Below the pieces are notes generated by a model. That model was given only the letters and a program-made list of their open reading frames with translations, ran no database searches and was not told where the DNA came from. DNA of 63,628 nt, filler included, from Nanobdellota archaeon (lineage in GTDB: Archaea; Nanobdellota; Nanobdellia; B33-G15): NCBI GenBank assembly GCA_003660925.1. It is 8 parts of 8 records of this genome, joined end to end, with 100 filler letters (N's around TTAATTAATTAA, not from the genome) between each part and the next. Parts side by side here need not be neighbours in the genome. Positions count along the whole stretch, not along the records: positions 16,889 to 25,038 come from QMVD01000029.1; positions 25,139 to 33,286 come from QMVD01000030.1; 6 more parts are not named here. One strand, 5' to 3'. The position numbers were made by a program, and so were the translations under genes. Positions 22,504 through 31,785 of the stretch are shown one piece after another; the first letter of the stretch is position 1; each line of letters begins with the position of its first letter.

Positions 22504-23127
22504 ATGGGTCTATTCGGTAGGAAAGACAAGAAAGTTAAAGAAAGTAAGACTTGGAAGGCGAGGAAAGGGTTAGCGTGGATAATCGGCCACACGTTCTTGG
22601 GGGCTTCTATAGCTTCGGATCACATGGTCACTCTGGTGGATTTGGAGGAGGTATTGAAAGAAACCGGGCTTCCATATGACATACTAGATCCTTTGAAGGC
22701 GCAAGTAGCATATCGGTACATGGTGAAGGGGAAAATTGGTAAGTTTTTACCCAAAGTATATGAAAGATGGACTCTTGATGGCCAAGATGTGTTCGAAGGG
22801 TTAAAGGGAAATCTCGAAAGGCTCATTCAGAAATATGATAAAGGTGAGGTAGACCGAGACGCTGAATATGATGCAAGAAGTTTTGTAAATTATGCGCTTG
22901 CAATGCTCTTAGCTGCTGGCGATAACAGAGCTTACGAGGTATGGCAGAGGCATCACAAGAAGGGAGAAGGTCTAACAACAGCAATACTTCTACACGAGGA
23001 GATAAAAGCTAGTGTGTTAAAGCATTTAGCATACGAAAATGGGGAGGAGAGAAGGCCCATATATTTCAAGGTGAAAAACCTAGAGGAAGTATTGAAGAAG
23101 AGAATGTTAATGCCAATACCGAGGTAA
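22504..23127 (+). CDS. Hypothetical protein (starts MGLFG); probable distant paralog of 16889-17524
   Basis: 207-aa ORF with GGAGG RBS and TTTTTAAA promoter-like element upstream. Confidence 0.75.
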   Translation: MGLFGRKDKKVKESKTWKARKGLAWIIGHTFLGASIASDHMVTLVDLEEVLKETGLPYDILDPLKAQVAYRYMVKGKIGKFLPKVYERWTLDGQDVFEGLKGNLERLIQKYDKGEVDRDAEYDARSFVNYALAMLLAAGDNRAYEVWQRHHKKGEGLTTAILLHEEIKASVLKHLAYENGEERRPIYFKVKNLEEVLKKRMLMPIPR

Positions 23128-23179
23128 AAAACTTTATAACCTTCCTTAGTTCTTTCTTCTTTCATAATGAGGGCGTCCA
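23127..23179 (+). repeat. 53-bp exact direct repeat, copy 2; contains the BRE/TATA-like promoter and first four codons of the 23167 gene
   Basis: Identical to 17524-17576; contains aaaaac-TTTATAA and ATG AGG GCG TCC. Confidence 0.95.
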
Positions 23180-24972
23180 TGTTGGTTAGCATAGGGGTTC
23201 TTTTGTCTTCTGGTGCCTTCTTGTTATTATCGTTGAACTATGCCAATGCTGTAGGATTATTTCAGATAAAGTCTAGTTTACCTGCACAATTCTTCGCGAC
23301 CCAAGTGGAAGCATTGGTGGACGGAATCTATGCAGCTCCAGAAGAGATGACCATAAGATATTCTGGACCGAATACTTGTTACTGGGATGGAAATTTATCC
23401 GAATGGAGGTGTCAGGGAGACATAAGGATAAGGTCTGTTGGGGCTTCTGCCAGTTTTACTCATAATACGGTAGGTCTAGGTTTCCCCATCACAGGTTGTT
23501 TGTATTTTGATTTCTCTCCTGCTTTTTTGGGGTGGGTAGGAAAAAAAATTAAGTCAAGGTTCTTCAAGGTAGGGGAGGCATTTAGAAAGGAAGTTGCTGA
23601 AGAAACTTTAGAGGAAGTTGCTGAGAACACTTTTGAAGAACTGGCGAAGAAGGCTGGGAAAAATTTAGATGATGCGATGGACGAGTTCGCAGAAAGGAGG
23701 GCGAGGGAGTTAGCCGAATTGTATGGAACTTCTGCGGAAGCGGAGAAGGAAAGCGTAAAGAAGTCCTTGAGGAAGTCCATATCTGAAGGAGAAACTACCT
23801 ATGATACCCAGTTATTCCTCGAATACCTAAGTAGCTCTGCCAACAGAGAGATGGCTGAGGGGAGTATAAGAGCTTCATTAAAGAGCCTCGCAAGCGCTAC
23901 GAAAGATCAAGTCAAGAACTTCTTCAAAAAAGGATTCGCCACTGTCGCAGGGCTCTACTCCAAGCTGGGTGCCACTAAGACCATCCTCAAAGGGACGTTG
24001 AAGGGGCTCACCACTTATGCCTCTTGTAGGTCGGAAAACCCTCTGTTAGATATCGTGGACTTGCTGCTGAACGGTCAGATCATACTAGAGTGGGACAACA
24101 AGATAATTCACAACTTCTACGATTTCTACGTTGGGAAGACGGGAGCGGTGAGTTTGAGATACGTTCAGGCGGGGAGGGAGAGGGAGATAAACAAGTTGAT
24201 GGTATTAAATGGGGAGGACATGTGCTTCTTGAGGTATTATCTAGCTTACAACCTCACTGATTATGAATTCACTAACTTCCCAGTCAAGGATGGAGCTATA
24301 GAGTTGAGTAAGGAGAGGAAGTTGTTTGATACTCTATGCGATGAAAACAGCGAGTACTATCCCAAGGATTTATTTGACATCCTGGAGACTATAAAACAAG
24401 TTGAGAGGGATGGGCAGACGAGGACCTTGACTATCTTCGTGAACCCGGGGAAGATGATAAGCAAGGAGGGAACTAAATTATGTGAGAGGAGGGTGAAGAG
24501 GACGGAAGATGGGAGGTTCAACGGCTCCTTCGTGATCTTTTGCTATGAGGTCACGAACTTGGTGGGAGACGATTTCAACCTGACGATTAATTATGACAAC
24601 CCAGAAAGTGAGATAACTGCGTTGAGTTTGCCGGAGAAGTTGATAAAGGAAGAAGGGGGAAATGAGTACTGGTTCGCGGATGCGCCGGAAGTTCAGGGGA
24701 GGTTCAGGGTGGATAGCCCCATCCTCACATATGTAAAAGCCATAGAGTGGCTCTTCGAGAAGCTCAATCTGGAGTATGAGCTAGATACAGACCTCATATG
24801 GCCCGCAAATTATGTAGAAAGGAAGGATGCTTATTTCCAATCTAGATATGATAGATACGAATTGAGGATAAGCAAGACTGGAGGGGGAAACATAAGGTTG
24901 ACCCCTGAGTATAAGGGGATGGTGTTGGGGATGGATTATAATGGGATTTACACGGAGGCACAGCTGAAATGA
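23167..24972 (+). CDS. Large N-terminally anchored protein, pilin-like N-terminus with an internal amphipathic A/E/K-rich segment
   Basis: Short basic MRA followed by a hydrophobic stretch; ATGA-coupled to an MRGQ-type gene; scattered Cys pairs. Confidence 0.7.
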   Translation: MRASMLVSIGVLLSSGAFLLLSLNYANAVGLFQIKSSLPAQFFATQVEALVDGIYAAPEEMTIRYSGPNTCYWDGNLSEWRCQGDIRIRSVGASASFTHNTVGLGFPITGCLYFDFSPAFLGWVGKKIKSRFFKVGEAFRKEVAEETLEEVAENTFEELAKKAGKNLDDAMDEFAERRARELAELYGTSAEAEKESVKKSLRKSISEGETTYDTQLFLEYLSSSANREMAEGSIRASLKSLASATKDQVKNFFKKGFATVAGLYSKLGATKTILKGTLKGLTTYASCRSENPLLDIVDLLLNGQIILEWDNKIIHNFYDFYVGKTGAVSLRYVQAGREREINKLMVLNGEDMCFLRYYLAYNLTDYEFTNFPVKDGAIELSKERKLFDTLCDENSEYYPKDLFDILETIKQVERDGQTRTLTIFVNPGKMISKEGTKLCERRVKRTEDGRFNGSFVIFCYEVTNLVGDDFNLTINYDNPESEITALSLPEKLIKEEGGNEYWFADAPEVQGRFRVDSPILTYVKAIEWLFEKLNLEYELDTDLIWPANYVERKDAYFQSRYDRYELRISKTGGGNIRLTPEYKGMVLGMDYNGIYTEAQLK

Positions 24973-25038
24973 GGGGACAGATGGAGATAACCGCATTGGC
25001 GAACGCGGCCTTGTCAGTCATGATGTTCAGCTTGTTGG
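24969..25038 (+). CDS. Class III signal peptide (pilin-like) protein, only the first 23 codons present
   Basis: MRGQMEITALANAALSVMMFSLL: RG|Q cleavage pattern followed by a hydrophobic helix. Confidence 0.6.
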
Positions 25039-25138
25039 NNNNNNNNNNNNNNNNNNNNNNNNNNNNNNNNNNNNNNNNNNNNTTAATTAATTAANNNNNN
25101 NNNNNNNNNNNNNNNNNNNNNNNNNNNNNNNNNNNNNN

Positions 25139-26272
25139 AAGGAAGGTAAAAGGGAAGAAGTTCTCGGGACATATGTGAGGAAAAAGGGTGGCTTGAAAGA
25201 TGCTGCTGAAAGTTTAGGCTTATCTCCTAAGACCTTCTACAATTACTACAAAGGCTATAGGAAGACAGTCCCAAAGAGGATTTTAGAGAAAATTGTGGAG
25301 ACCACCGGCCACAGCTTGGAGGATGTCGTGGAAGAGGAGGTGAAGTTAGGAGAGTTCACTTCACAATCTCTGAGGAGGTGGGCAAAGGAAAATCCTGAAG
25401 AGGCTAGAGAGATCAGAGAGAGGAACTTGAGAAAGGGGAGGGAGAGGGCTAAGCAGTTGGGTAAAAATACCCCCGGCTTAGAGAAAGCTAGACAAGCTTT
25501 GAGGGAGAAGTATGGTGAGAATTGGGGGAAGGTCATCTGCCAACTCGCTAGGCAGAGCATAGACGAGGAAACGCGTAGAGAAAGGGGTAGGAAAGCGTGG
25601 AGGAAACTCGTGGAGGTGTTAGGGGAGGAAGGAGCCAGAGAGTATCGCAGGAAGATATTGGAGGAAAACCTCTTGGAACATTATGGCCATCTCGGAGATC
25701 TTAACGAGATACGTAAGCTCATAGGTCAGATGGGAGGATACACCAGGTGGCAAGAGCTCGTGATGGAACACGGGAAAGAAGGTGCAAGAGAGATCGTAAA
25801 AGAACGATTGCTAGGGCGTCTAGAAGAGATTTATGGAGAGAACTTCCACTCCATCGCTTCTCTGTATAAAGTCCTGAAGAGGCGAGGACTCCCCTTGGAT
25901 GGCGTGAAGGAGGAAATGAGGGAGAGTGGAAAGATGCTGTCCAGATCTGACATCACATCCCTCAGGTTCGCGGCCTTGGGGAAGATGACTTTAGAACAAC
26001 TTTTGGAGAAAGGAGAGTTGGAGAGGTTAGTGAGACTCGTGCCTAAAACCATCTCCCTCATCTTCGATGGTGGAAGCAGAGAGGATTACCTCTTACTTGC
26101 TAAAGTGTATTCCTACTTAAAAGGCAATCCTGAAAGCAGCGAGCAAGAGATGTCCAGGAAGTTAGGAGTAAGGGTGTACCAGCTTAGGAGGTTGCTCCAC
26201 AAGTTCCCAAAAGTATTCGAGGGCACACCTATTAACTCTACTTCTTCCAGGTGGAAACTGAGGAGAACTTGA
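25139..26272 (+). CDS. Basic helical protein with HTH-like ends and internal repeats, 5'-truncated
   Basis: LKDAAESLGLSPKTFYNY near the start, SEQEMSRKLGVRVYQLRRLL near the end, and repeated G.EGARE and L.E.YGEN. Confidence 0.65.
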   Translation, partial: KEGKREEVLGTYVRKKGGLKDAAESLGLSPKTFYNYYKGYRKTVPKRILEKIVETTGHSLEDVVEEEVKLGEFTSQSLRRWAKENPEEAREIRERNLRKGRERAKQLGKNTPGLEKARQALREKYGENWGKVICQLARQSIDEETRRERGRKAWRKLVEVLGEEGAREYRRKILEENLLEHYGHLGDLNEIRKLIGQMGGYTRWQELVMEHGKEGAREIVKERLLGRLEEIYGENFHSIASLYKVLKRRGLPLDGVKEEMRESGKMLSRSDITSLRFAALGKMTLEQLLEKGELERLVRLVPKTISLIFDGGSREDYLLLAKVYSYLKGNPESSEQEMSRKLGVRVYQLRRLLHKFPKVFEGTPINSTSSRWKLRRT

Positions 26273-26347
26273 TGCCCCCGCCGGGATTTGAACCCGGGTC
26301 TCAGGCTCGAAAGGCCTGCATCCTTGGCCGGACTAGACGACGGGGGC
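26273..26347 (-). tRNA. tRNA-Glu (TTC)
   Basis: GCCCCCG/CGGGGGC acceptor stem, CAGGC-CT TTC GA-GCCTG anticodon arm, TTCAAAT T loop; CCA not encoded. Confidence 0.95.
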
Positions 26348-26401
26348 TCTCTTATTCCTTAGTGGGGAAACAATATAAACGTAACCATCTTGGTTAAGAA
26401 C

Positions 26402-27464
26402 ATGAGGGTTGCCTTTCTCGCCCCAGAGTTTCCCCCTCACTGCTTTGGTGTGGGGATGTACTGTAAGAACCTGACAGAAGCCCTTGCCGATAAAGGCGTG
26501 AGGGTAGAGTTAATATCGAGCGCGAAGGGGTATAGACATGAGAACGTCAGGCTCCACTCCACCAAGATATCCGGTCCCATCCCAGCACAGTGGGCCGGCT
26601 TCTTTCTCCTTTCGAATCTCTATCTCATGAAACTCGGAGACGTTTCCCTGATCCACGACAACTCCTTTTCTCCCATCCTCTCCCGTAAGCCCATCGTCGT
26701 GACTTCCCATTATCTTTCCACGGTTTTTCACAAGAAGGTGAGGGCGAAGCGCCTCTTCACCTTCGGAAGGCTCGCCATGCTCACTTCTCATTTAGGATTC
26801 AGGCTGGAGAGGAGTAGTATGAAGAGGGCAAAGGCCATCATCTCCCTCTCACCTTCCATGACAGAGGAGATGATTAGAGAGTACGGCGTAAGGGGAGAGA
26901 AGATACATGAGATTCCCAATGGAATTAAGTATTCTGAGTTCAAAAGGGACGAGGAGAGAGGGGACTTCGTGCTTTATTCCGGGAGGTTGACAGAGCAGAA
27001 GGGCATCTTGGAACTGCTGGATGCCATAAAGCTTTGCAAGAGGGAGTTGAGGATGACGGGAGAAGACGTGTTCGGCGGGAAGTGGATAGAGAGAGTGATC
27101 AGGGAAAAAGGGGTCAAAAAATATGTGCATCTCCTCGGGTTCTTGGAAAGGGAGGAGTTCATCGAAGTCCTCGGGAGGGCCAAGGTCTTCGTCCTGCCCT
27201 CCTTGTACGAGTCCTTCGGGATAGTGGCTCTGGAGGCCATGGCAAGCGGGACCCCTCTGATCATATCCAACGGGTGTGGTTTTTCTGAATACTTGGAAGA
27301 TGGGAAGAACGCCCTCGTGGTGAGTCCCAAGGCTGGAGAAATAGCTCAGGCCATAGAGAGGCTCATGGAGGACCGTCAATTATGGAAAAAACTCAGGAGG
27401 AATGGAATGAGGTTTGCTAAGAAGCTCGATTGGTCCAGGATTGCTAAGAGGGTGATAGAGGTCT

Positions 27465-27481
<17 letters not shown>
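26402..27481 (+). CDS. Glycosyltransferase family 4 (GT-B)
   Basis: IPNGI, GRLTEQKG, and LPSLYESFGIVALEAMASGTP (Ex7E). Confidence 0.93.
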
Positions 27482-28058
<577 letters not shown>

Positions 28059-28095
28059 GCAATTTGAAAGATGAAAAAGCGGTTTTAAATCTTTT

Positions 28096-28491
28096 TCAAT
28101 ACCTGAACTTCAAGAGAATGAAGGAAGCTCCTAGGACGATCCCGCTGATGAGGACGGGCCTCAGGTAATCTATCCACATGAGGGTATAAGTCTGTTCCGA
28201 GTAACTCAAGCCCAACAAAGCGAGGAACGTGGGATTTGTGAAGGTGTAGTAGCAGAAGAAGCCCAAGAGGGCGACGGCCAACGAGGAGATGGGGCTGGCA
28301 CCGAAGATGAAGAGCACCACGAAGGTTATCATACCCACTATGAAGATGGGCTCCATGAATTCCATCACATAAGGCTTGAAGTTCACTCCCAACAACCCCA
28401 AGAACTGAGGGTTCATGAGCCTCTCGTAGAGGATGAAGAAGAAGATCAAGAGGAGAAGTCCGACGAGGACCCTTTGGGGTTCCAGTTCCAT
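28096..28491 (-). CDS. Small four-TM membrane protein with an internal duplication
   Basis: Hydrophobic helices; repeat NPQFLGLLGV / NPTFLALLGL. Confidence 0.7.
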   Translation of the reverse strand: MELEPQRVLVGLLLLIFFFILYERLMNPQFLGLLGVNFKPYVMEFMEPIFIVGMITFVVLFIFGASPISSLAVALLGFFCYYTFTNPTFLALLGLSYSEQTYTLMWIDYLRPVLISGIVLGASFILLKFRY

Positions 28492-28494
28492 GAT

Positions 28495-29727
28495 TTATTT
28501 CAAGAACTCCTTAATCTTAAATGTTACCTTCTCCTCCTCCACCTCTTCTTCCTTCCCGCTCTCCATGTCCTTTACCGTCACCCTTTCCCTCTTCCCAACG
28601 ATGACGACGCATCTTATCTCCCTCTTATCAGCGTACTCTAGTTGTTTCCCTAAACTCCTCTCCATCAAGTTCATTTCCGTGTTTATCCCCTCATCCCTCA
28701 ACTTCTCAGCTATCCTTAAGGCTCTCTCCTTTTGGTTCACCTCTGCCACGAAGACCTTGGCCTTCACTCCGGGGTCCTTGATCATCCCTTCCTTTTTCAT
28801 GATCTCTATGATCCTCTCGAGACCCAACGAGATCCCGGTAGCTGGAATGTCCCTTCCGGAGAACATCCCAATTAACCCATCATATCTCCCGCCTCCGGCG
28901 ATAGAACCGAACTCGCTGGATATCTCGAAGACGGGACCCGTATAATAATCCAAACCTCTTACTAGGGATATGTCAAAGACGTATTTCACCTCGCATTCAT
29001 CCAAGTAGTTGAATAACTCTCTCAGTTCCTTTGACCCTTCGCTCTCTCCAAATCTCCTCTCCACTTCCTTTAAGTCCCTGACCTCCAACAGTTCGATGAT
29101 CTCCCTCACTTTCTTTATCCCTCTCCTCTTCAACTCCTCCTCCACACCCTTCTCCCCGATCTTGTCCAGTTTGTCCATGGCCCTGAAGGCCTCCAAGGGC
29201 TTTTTCACCCCAATCTTCCCCATGATGTAGTTCATCAGCTTCCTGTTGTTTATCCTCACTACTGTATCAAACCCTAACTCCTTAAGCGCCCTGAAAGCAC
29301 AAGCCACTACTTCCGCATCCGCCATCATGCTCTTGCTCCCCACGATGTCCACGTCGCACTGATAGAACTCCCTATACCTCCCCCTCTGAGGATTGTCATA
29401 CCTCCACACCTTATCTATGGCATACCTCTTGAAGGGGAGGGGAAGCTGCGGGTTGCTGGCTATGACCCTCGCTAGGGGGGCGGTTAGGTCGTACCTCAAG
29501 GCGAGCCATCTCCCTCCCCTATCCTGAAACTTGTAAATCAGCTTTTCTTCTTCCCCATACTTTCCCTCCAAGAACTTCGCGTATTCCAGGGCTGGAGTTT
29601 CCGCGGGTTCGAACCCATAGAGCTCGAAGACCCTCTTTATCTTCCCGATCACTTCCTCCCTTATCCTCTTCTCCTTTGGGAGGAAATCCCTCATTCCCTT
29701 TGGAGGCCTCAACTCCATACTCTTCAT
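28495..29727 (-). CDS. hisS: Histidyl-tRNA synthetase
   Basis: PKGMRDF, LRYDLTAP, GRYREFYQCD, RGLDYYTG and GGGRYD; C-terminal anticodon-binding domain present. Confidence 0.97.
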   Translation of the reverse strand: MKSMELRPPKGMRDFLPKEKRIREEVIGKIKRVFELYGFEPAETPALEYAKFLEGKYGEEEKLIYKFQDRGGRWLALRYDLTAPLARVIASNPQLPLPFKRYAIDKVWRYDNPQRGRYREFYQCDVDIVGSKSMMADAEVVACAFRALKELGFDTVVRINNRKLMNYIMGKIGVKKPLEAFRAMDKLDKIGEKGVEEELKRRGIKKVREIIELLEVRDLKEVERRFGESEGSKELRELFNYLDECEVKYVFDISLVRGLDYYTGPVFEISSEFGSIAGGGRYDGLIGMFSGRDIPATGISLGLERIIEIMKKEGMIKDPGVKAKVFVAEVNQKERALRIAEKLRDEGINTEMNLMERSLGKQLEYADKREIRCVVIVGKRERVTVKDMESGKEEEVEEEKVTFKIKEFLK

Positions 29728-30362
29728 ACCTTTCCCCCCCTTTTTACTTTTGCTATGAACTCCCTATCCGGATAGTTCGGGTCAAATATCCCTGTCCTCT
29801 CGAATCCATTCTTCTCTAGGATCCTTATCATGACGGGGTTCTTGGTCCTGCCGAAACACCCTTCCACAACTTTCTCCACGTACTTCTGCCTCTCCCTCAC
29901 CAACATGGTCCCCAATCCCTTCCCTCTGTACTCGTATCGCACTGCTGTATCCATGGCATAGAACACCTCAGCCACCCCTCTCCTTCTGAAGTACTCTGCT
30001 ATCTCCTCCCCATACCTCTCCCTAACTTCCGGCAACTTCAAGAATACGCCCATGGTGAACCCAACTATCTTCTCTCCCTCGTAGAAAGCTAACCCAAAAC
30101 CCCTCTCCAACACTTCTCTCACTTCCTTTTCCACCTCCTCTGGGCTCCAAAATGGCTTCAACTCCCCTCCACATTCGCACTTTAGCCCCATCTCCCTCCA
30201 GTTCTTCCCGAACCTCTCCTCGAGCTCTGGCACTCCGTATTGCCTTCCGCATGAGGCGCACTTCATGGCCTCATTCCAAGGAGGATAGCCCCATGTCTCC
30301 GGTTCGCAGTAAAGCCTCACGACGTCTTTCCCCACCCTTTCATCCATCCTCACTAACCTCAT
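29724..30362 (-). CDS. GNAT acetyltransferase with an inserted Zn-ribbon
   Basis: Acetyl-CoA motif AVRYEYRGKGLG, EKNGF, and PPWNE followed by CASC...CECG. Confidence 0.85.
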   Translation of the reverse strand: MRLVRMDERVGKDVVRLYCEPETWGYPPWNEAMKCASCGRQYGVPELEERFGKNWREMGLKCECGGELKPFWSPEEVEKEVREVLERGFGLAFYEGEKIVGFTMGVFLKLPEVRERYGEEIAEYFRRRGVAEVFYAMDTAVRYEYRGKGLGTMLVRERQKYVEKVVEGCFGRTKNPVMIRILEKNGFERTGIFDPNYPDREFIAKVKRGGKV

Positions 30363-30376
30363 GAACATCACCACCC

Positions 30377-30724
30377 TCAAGCAAGTCTTCGAGTCCCACC
30401 TTCACCACCTCCCGCCGTTTTTGGGTCGGCGCTGGGATTCGAACCCAGGCCTGGGGCTCCACAGGCCCCTGTGCTACCACCTACACCACGCCGACCATCA
30501 AGGAGCCTGACGACGAGCTTTCCCAAATCCGTTAAAGAACCTCCTGAAACGAGTCCTAATTCCCTCAACCTGGTATAATTCCACCTCACAGTAGATTCGG
30601 GCAGAGAGAACTTCTCACACACGGAAGAGATGGCCCTAGTCTGGTTCTCAAAATCCCTTTCGCTCAGCTCTTTGAGGATGAGGATCTGTTTTCGATTGAG
30701 AGCCCTAACTAGAAGGAGCTTCAA
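30377..30724 (-). CDS. wHTH transcriptional regulator whose 3' part reads through tRNA-His
   Basis: LPESTVRWNYTRLRELGLV...LTDLGKLV in the first ~75 aa; no stop before the tRNA. Confidence 0.75.
   Translation of the reverse strand: MKLLLVRALNRKQILILKELSERDFENQTRAISSVCEKFSLPESTVRWNYTRLRELGLVSGGSLTDLGKLVVRLLDGRRGVGGSTGACGAPGLGSNPSADPKTAGGGEGGTRRLA
30424..30496 (-). tRNA. tRNA-His (GTG) with encoded G-1 and C73
   Basis: G-GTCGGCG/CGCCGAC-C acceptor, GGGGC-CT GTG GA-GCCCC anticodon arm, CTGGG-TTCGAAT-CCCAG T arm. Confidence 0.93.
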
Positions 30725-30773
30725 GCCCTCGATTTGTGTTGGAGTCGCATCACCGACACCTAATCTTCCACTT

Positions 30774-31145
30774 TTACTCAGGACTTAAATACTTTTTCCG
30801 CGAATTTTCTCGCACTCTTTCGGTGAGGATCATCTTCAGGGGCTTCAAACGATACGGAGCCCTCCCCCTTGTGAAGGTTATGACGTTTGCTCCCAATTTC
30901 TTCAAAGTTTCTGGCACTCTTTGGTAATAGGGACAGTTTTCCTCTCCGATTGGGATGAAGTAGATTTTCTTTCCCGTATTGTAAAATCCCGTAACGTATG
31001 CCGCGAACTCTAACCCGCTATTTGAGACGCGTCTTACTTCGTTTCCCTTCACTGCCACTGCCTCATCCCCTAGTTCCTTCAGTTCTCTTATCAATATCTC
31101 TTCTAGCCCCCGGGCGGAATGGACTAATCTCCCTTCATCGTCCAA
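30774..31145 (-). CDS. Hypothetical protein
   Basis: 123-aa ORF overlapping the stop of the upstream ORF. Confidence 0.55.
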   Translation of the reverse strand: MDDEGRLVHSARGLEEILIRELKELGDEAVAVKGNEVRRVSNSGLEFAAYVTGFYNTGKKIYFIPIGEENCPYYQRVPETLKKLGANVITFTRGRAPYRLKPLKMILTERVRENSRKKYLSPE

Positions 31146-31401
31146 AAGGTCCGTGATGTTCGGGGGTGAGACCTTTTCTCTTAAGAACCTCCATTAAGGA
31201 ATCGTAGATATCGGAGGCTGGCACCCTTAGCGTACCTCCCTTCCTCCTTATAGTCAGAGAAGGAATTTGGACGAGAGGCCTTTCCTCCTCTTCTATCTTT
31301 TCTATTTCAAACCCTTCTATGAGAAGGGCGTACTCTGTGAAGGAGATGGGGACTTCCAACTTCATCCTTCGTAAGAGAGTTCTCAGTTGTTTCATGTTCA
31401 T
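31135..31401 (-). CDS. Hypothetical protein
   Basis: ATG at 31401 with a TTATATAA element upstream. Confidence 0.55.
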   Translation of the reverse strand: MNMKQLRTLLRRMKLEVPISFTEYALLIEGFEIEKIEEEERPLVQIPSLTIRRKGGTLRVPASDIYDSLMEVLKRKGLTPEHHGPFGR

Positions 31402-31493
31402 GGAGACCAAAATCTCACTCCGCTTTATATAATTATCTGAGAGGAGTGACACCCAATCAAAAGGTTTTAAACCCCTCAGGCCCAAGTTAATTC

Positions 31494-31736
31494 ATGGAGG
31501 AAGTAGGAAGGGTGACCCATTTCTTCAACAAGATAAGCGTGGCCGTTGTGGAGCTAAACGGGACTTTGAGGGTAGGGGACAACATAAGGATAAAAGGGAA
31601 GAACACGGACTTCGAACAGACCGTGGAGTCCATGGAGATAGAACATAAACCGGTCGAGGAGGCGGGACCAGGAGACTCGATAGGATTGAAGGTGAAGGAA
31701 AGGGTTAGGGAAGGGGACATCGTTTACAAACTTTAA
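31494..31736 (+). CDS. Small translation-factor-like beta-barrel protein (EF-Tu domain II / U32 C-terminal-like)
   Basis: VGRVTHFFNKISVAVV...GDNIRIKG...GDSIGLKV. Confidence 0.8.
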   Translation: MEEVGRVTHFFNKISVAVVELNGTLRVGDNIRIKGKNTDFEQTVESMEIEHKPVEEAGPGDSIGLKVKERVREGDIVYKL

Positions 31737-31785
31737 CTTTCTTTTTCAAAACATTTTTATATGTTCCTCTCAAGTGATAACAAAT

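Noticed and set aside
17524..23179. 53-bp repeat as a CRISPR repeat or a DGR template/variable pair
   Set aside because: Only two copies 5.6 kb apart, no spacers, no adenine-specific mismatches, and no cas or reverse transcriptase gene seen.
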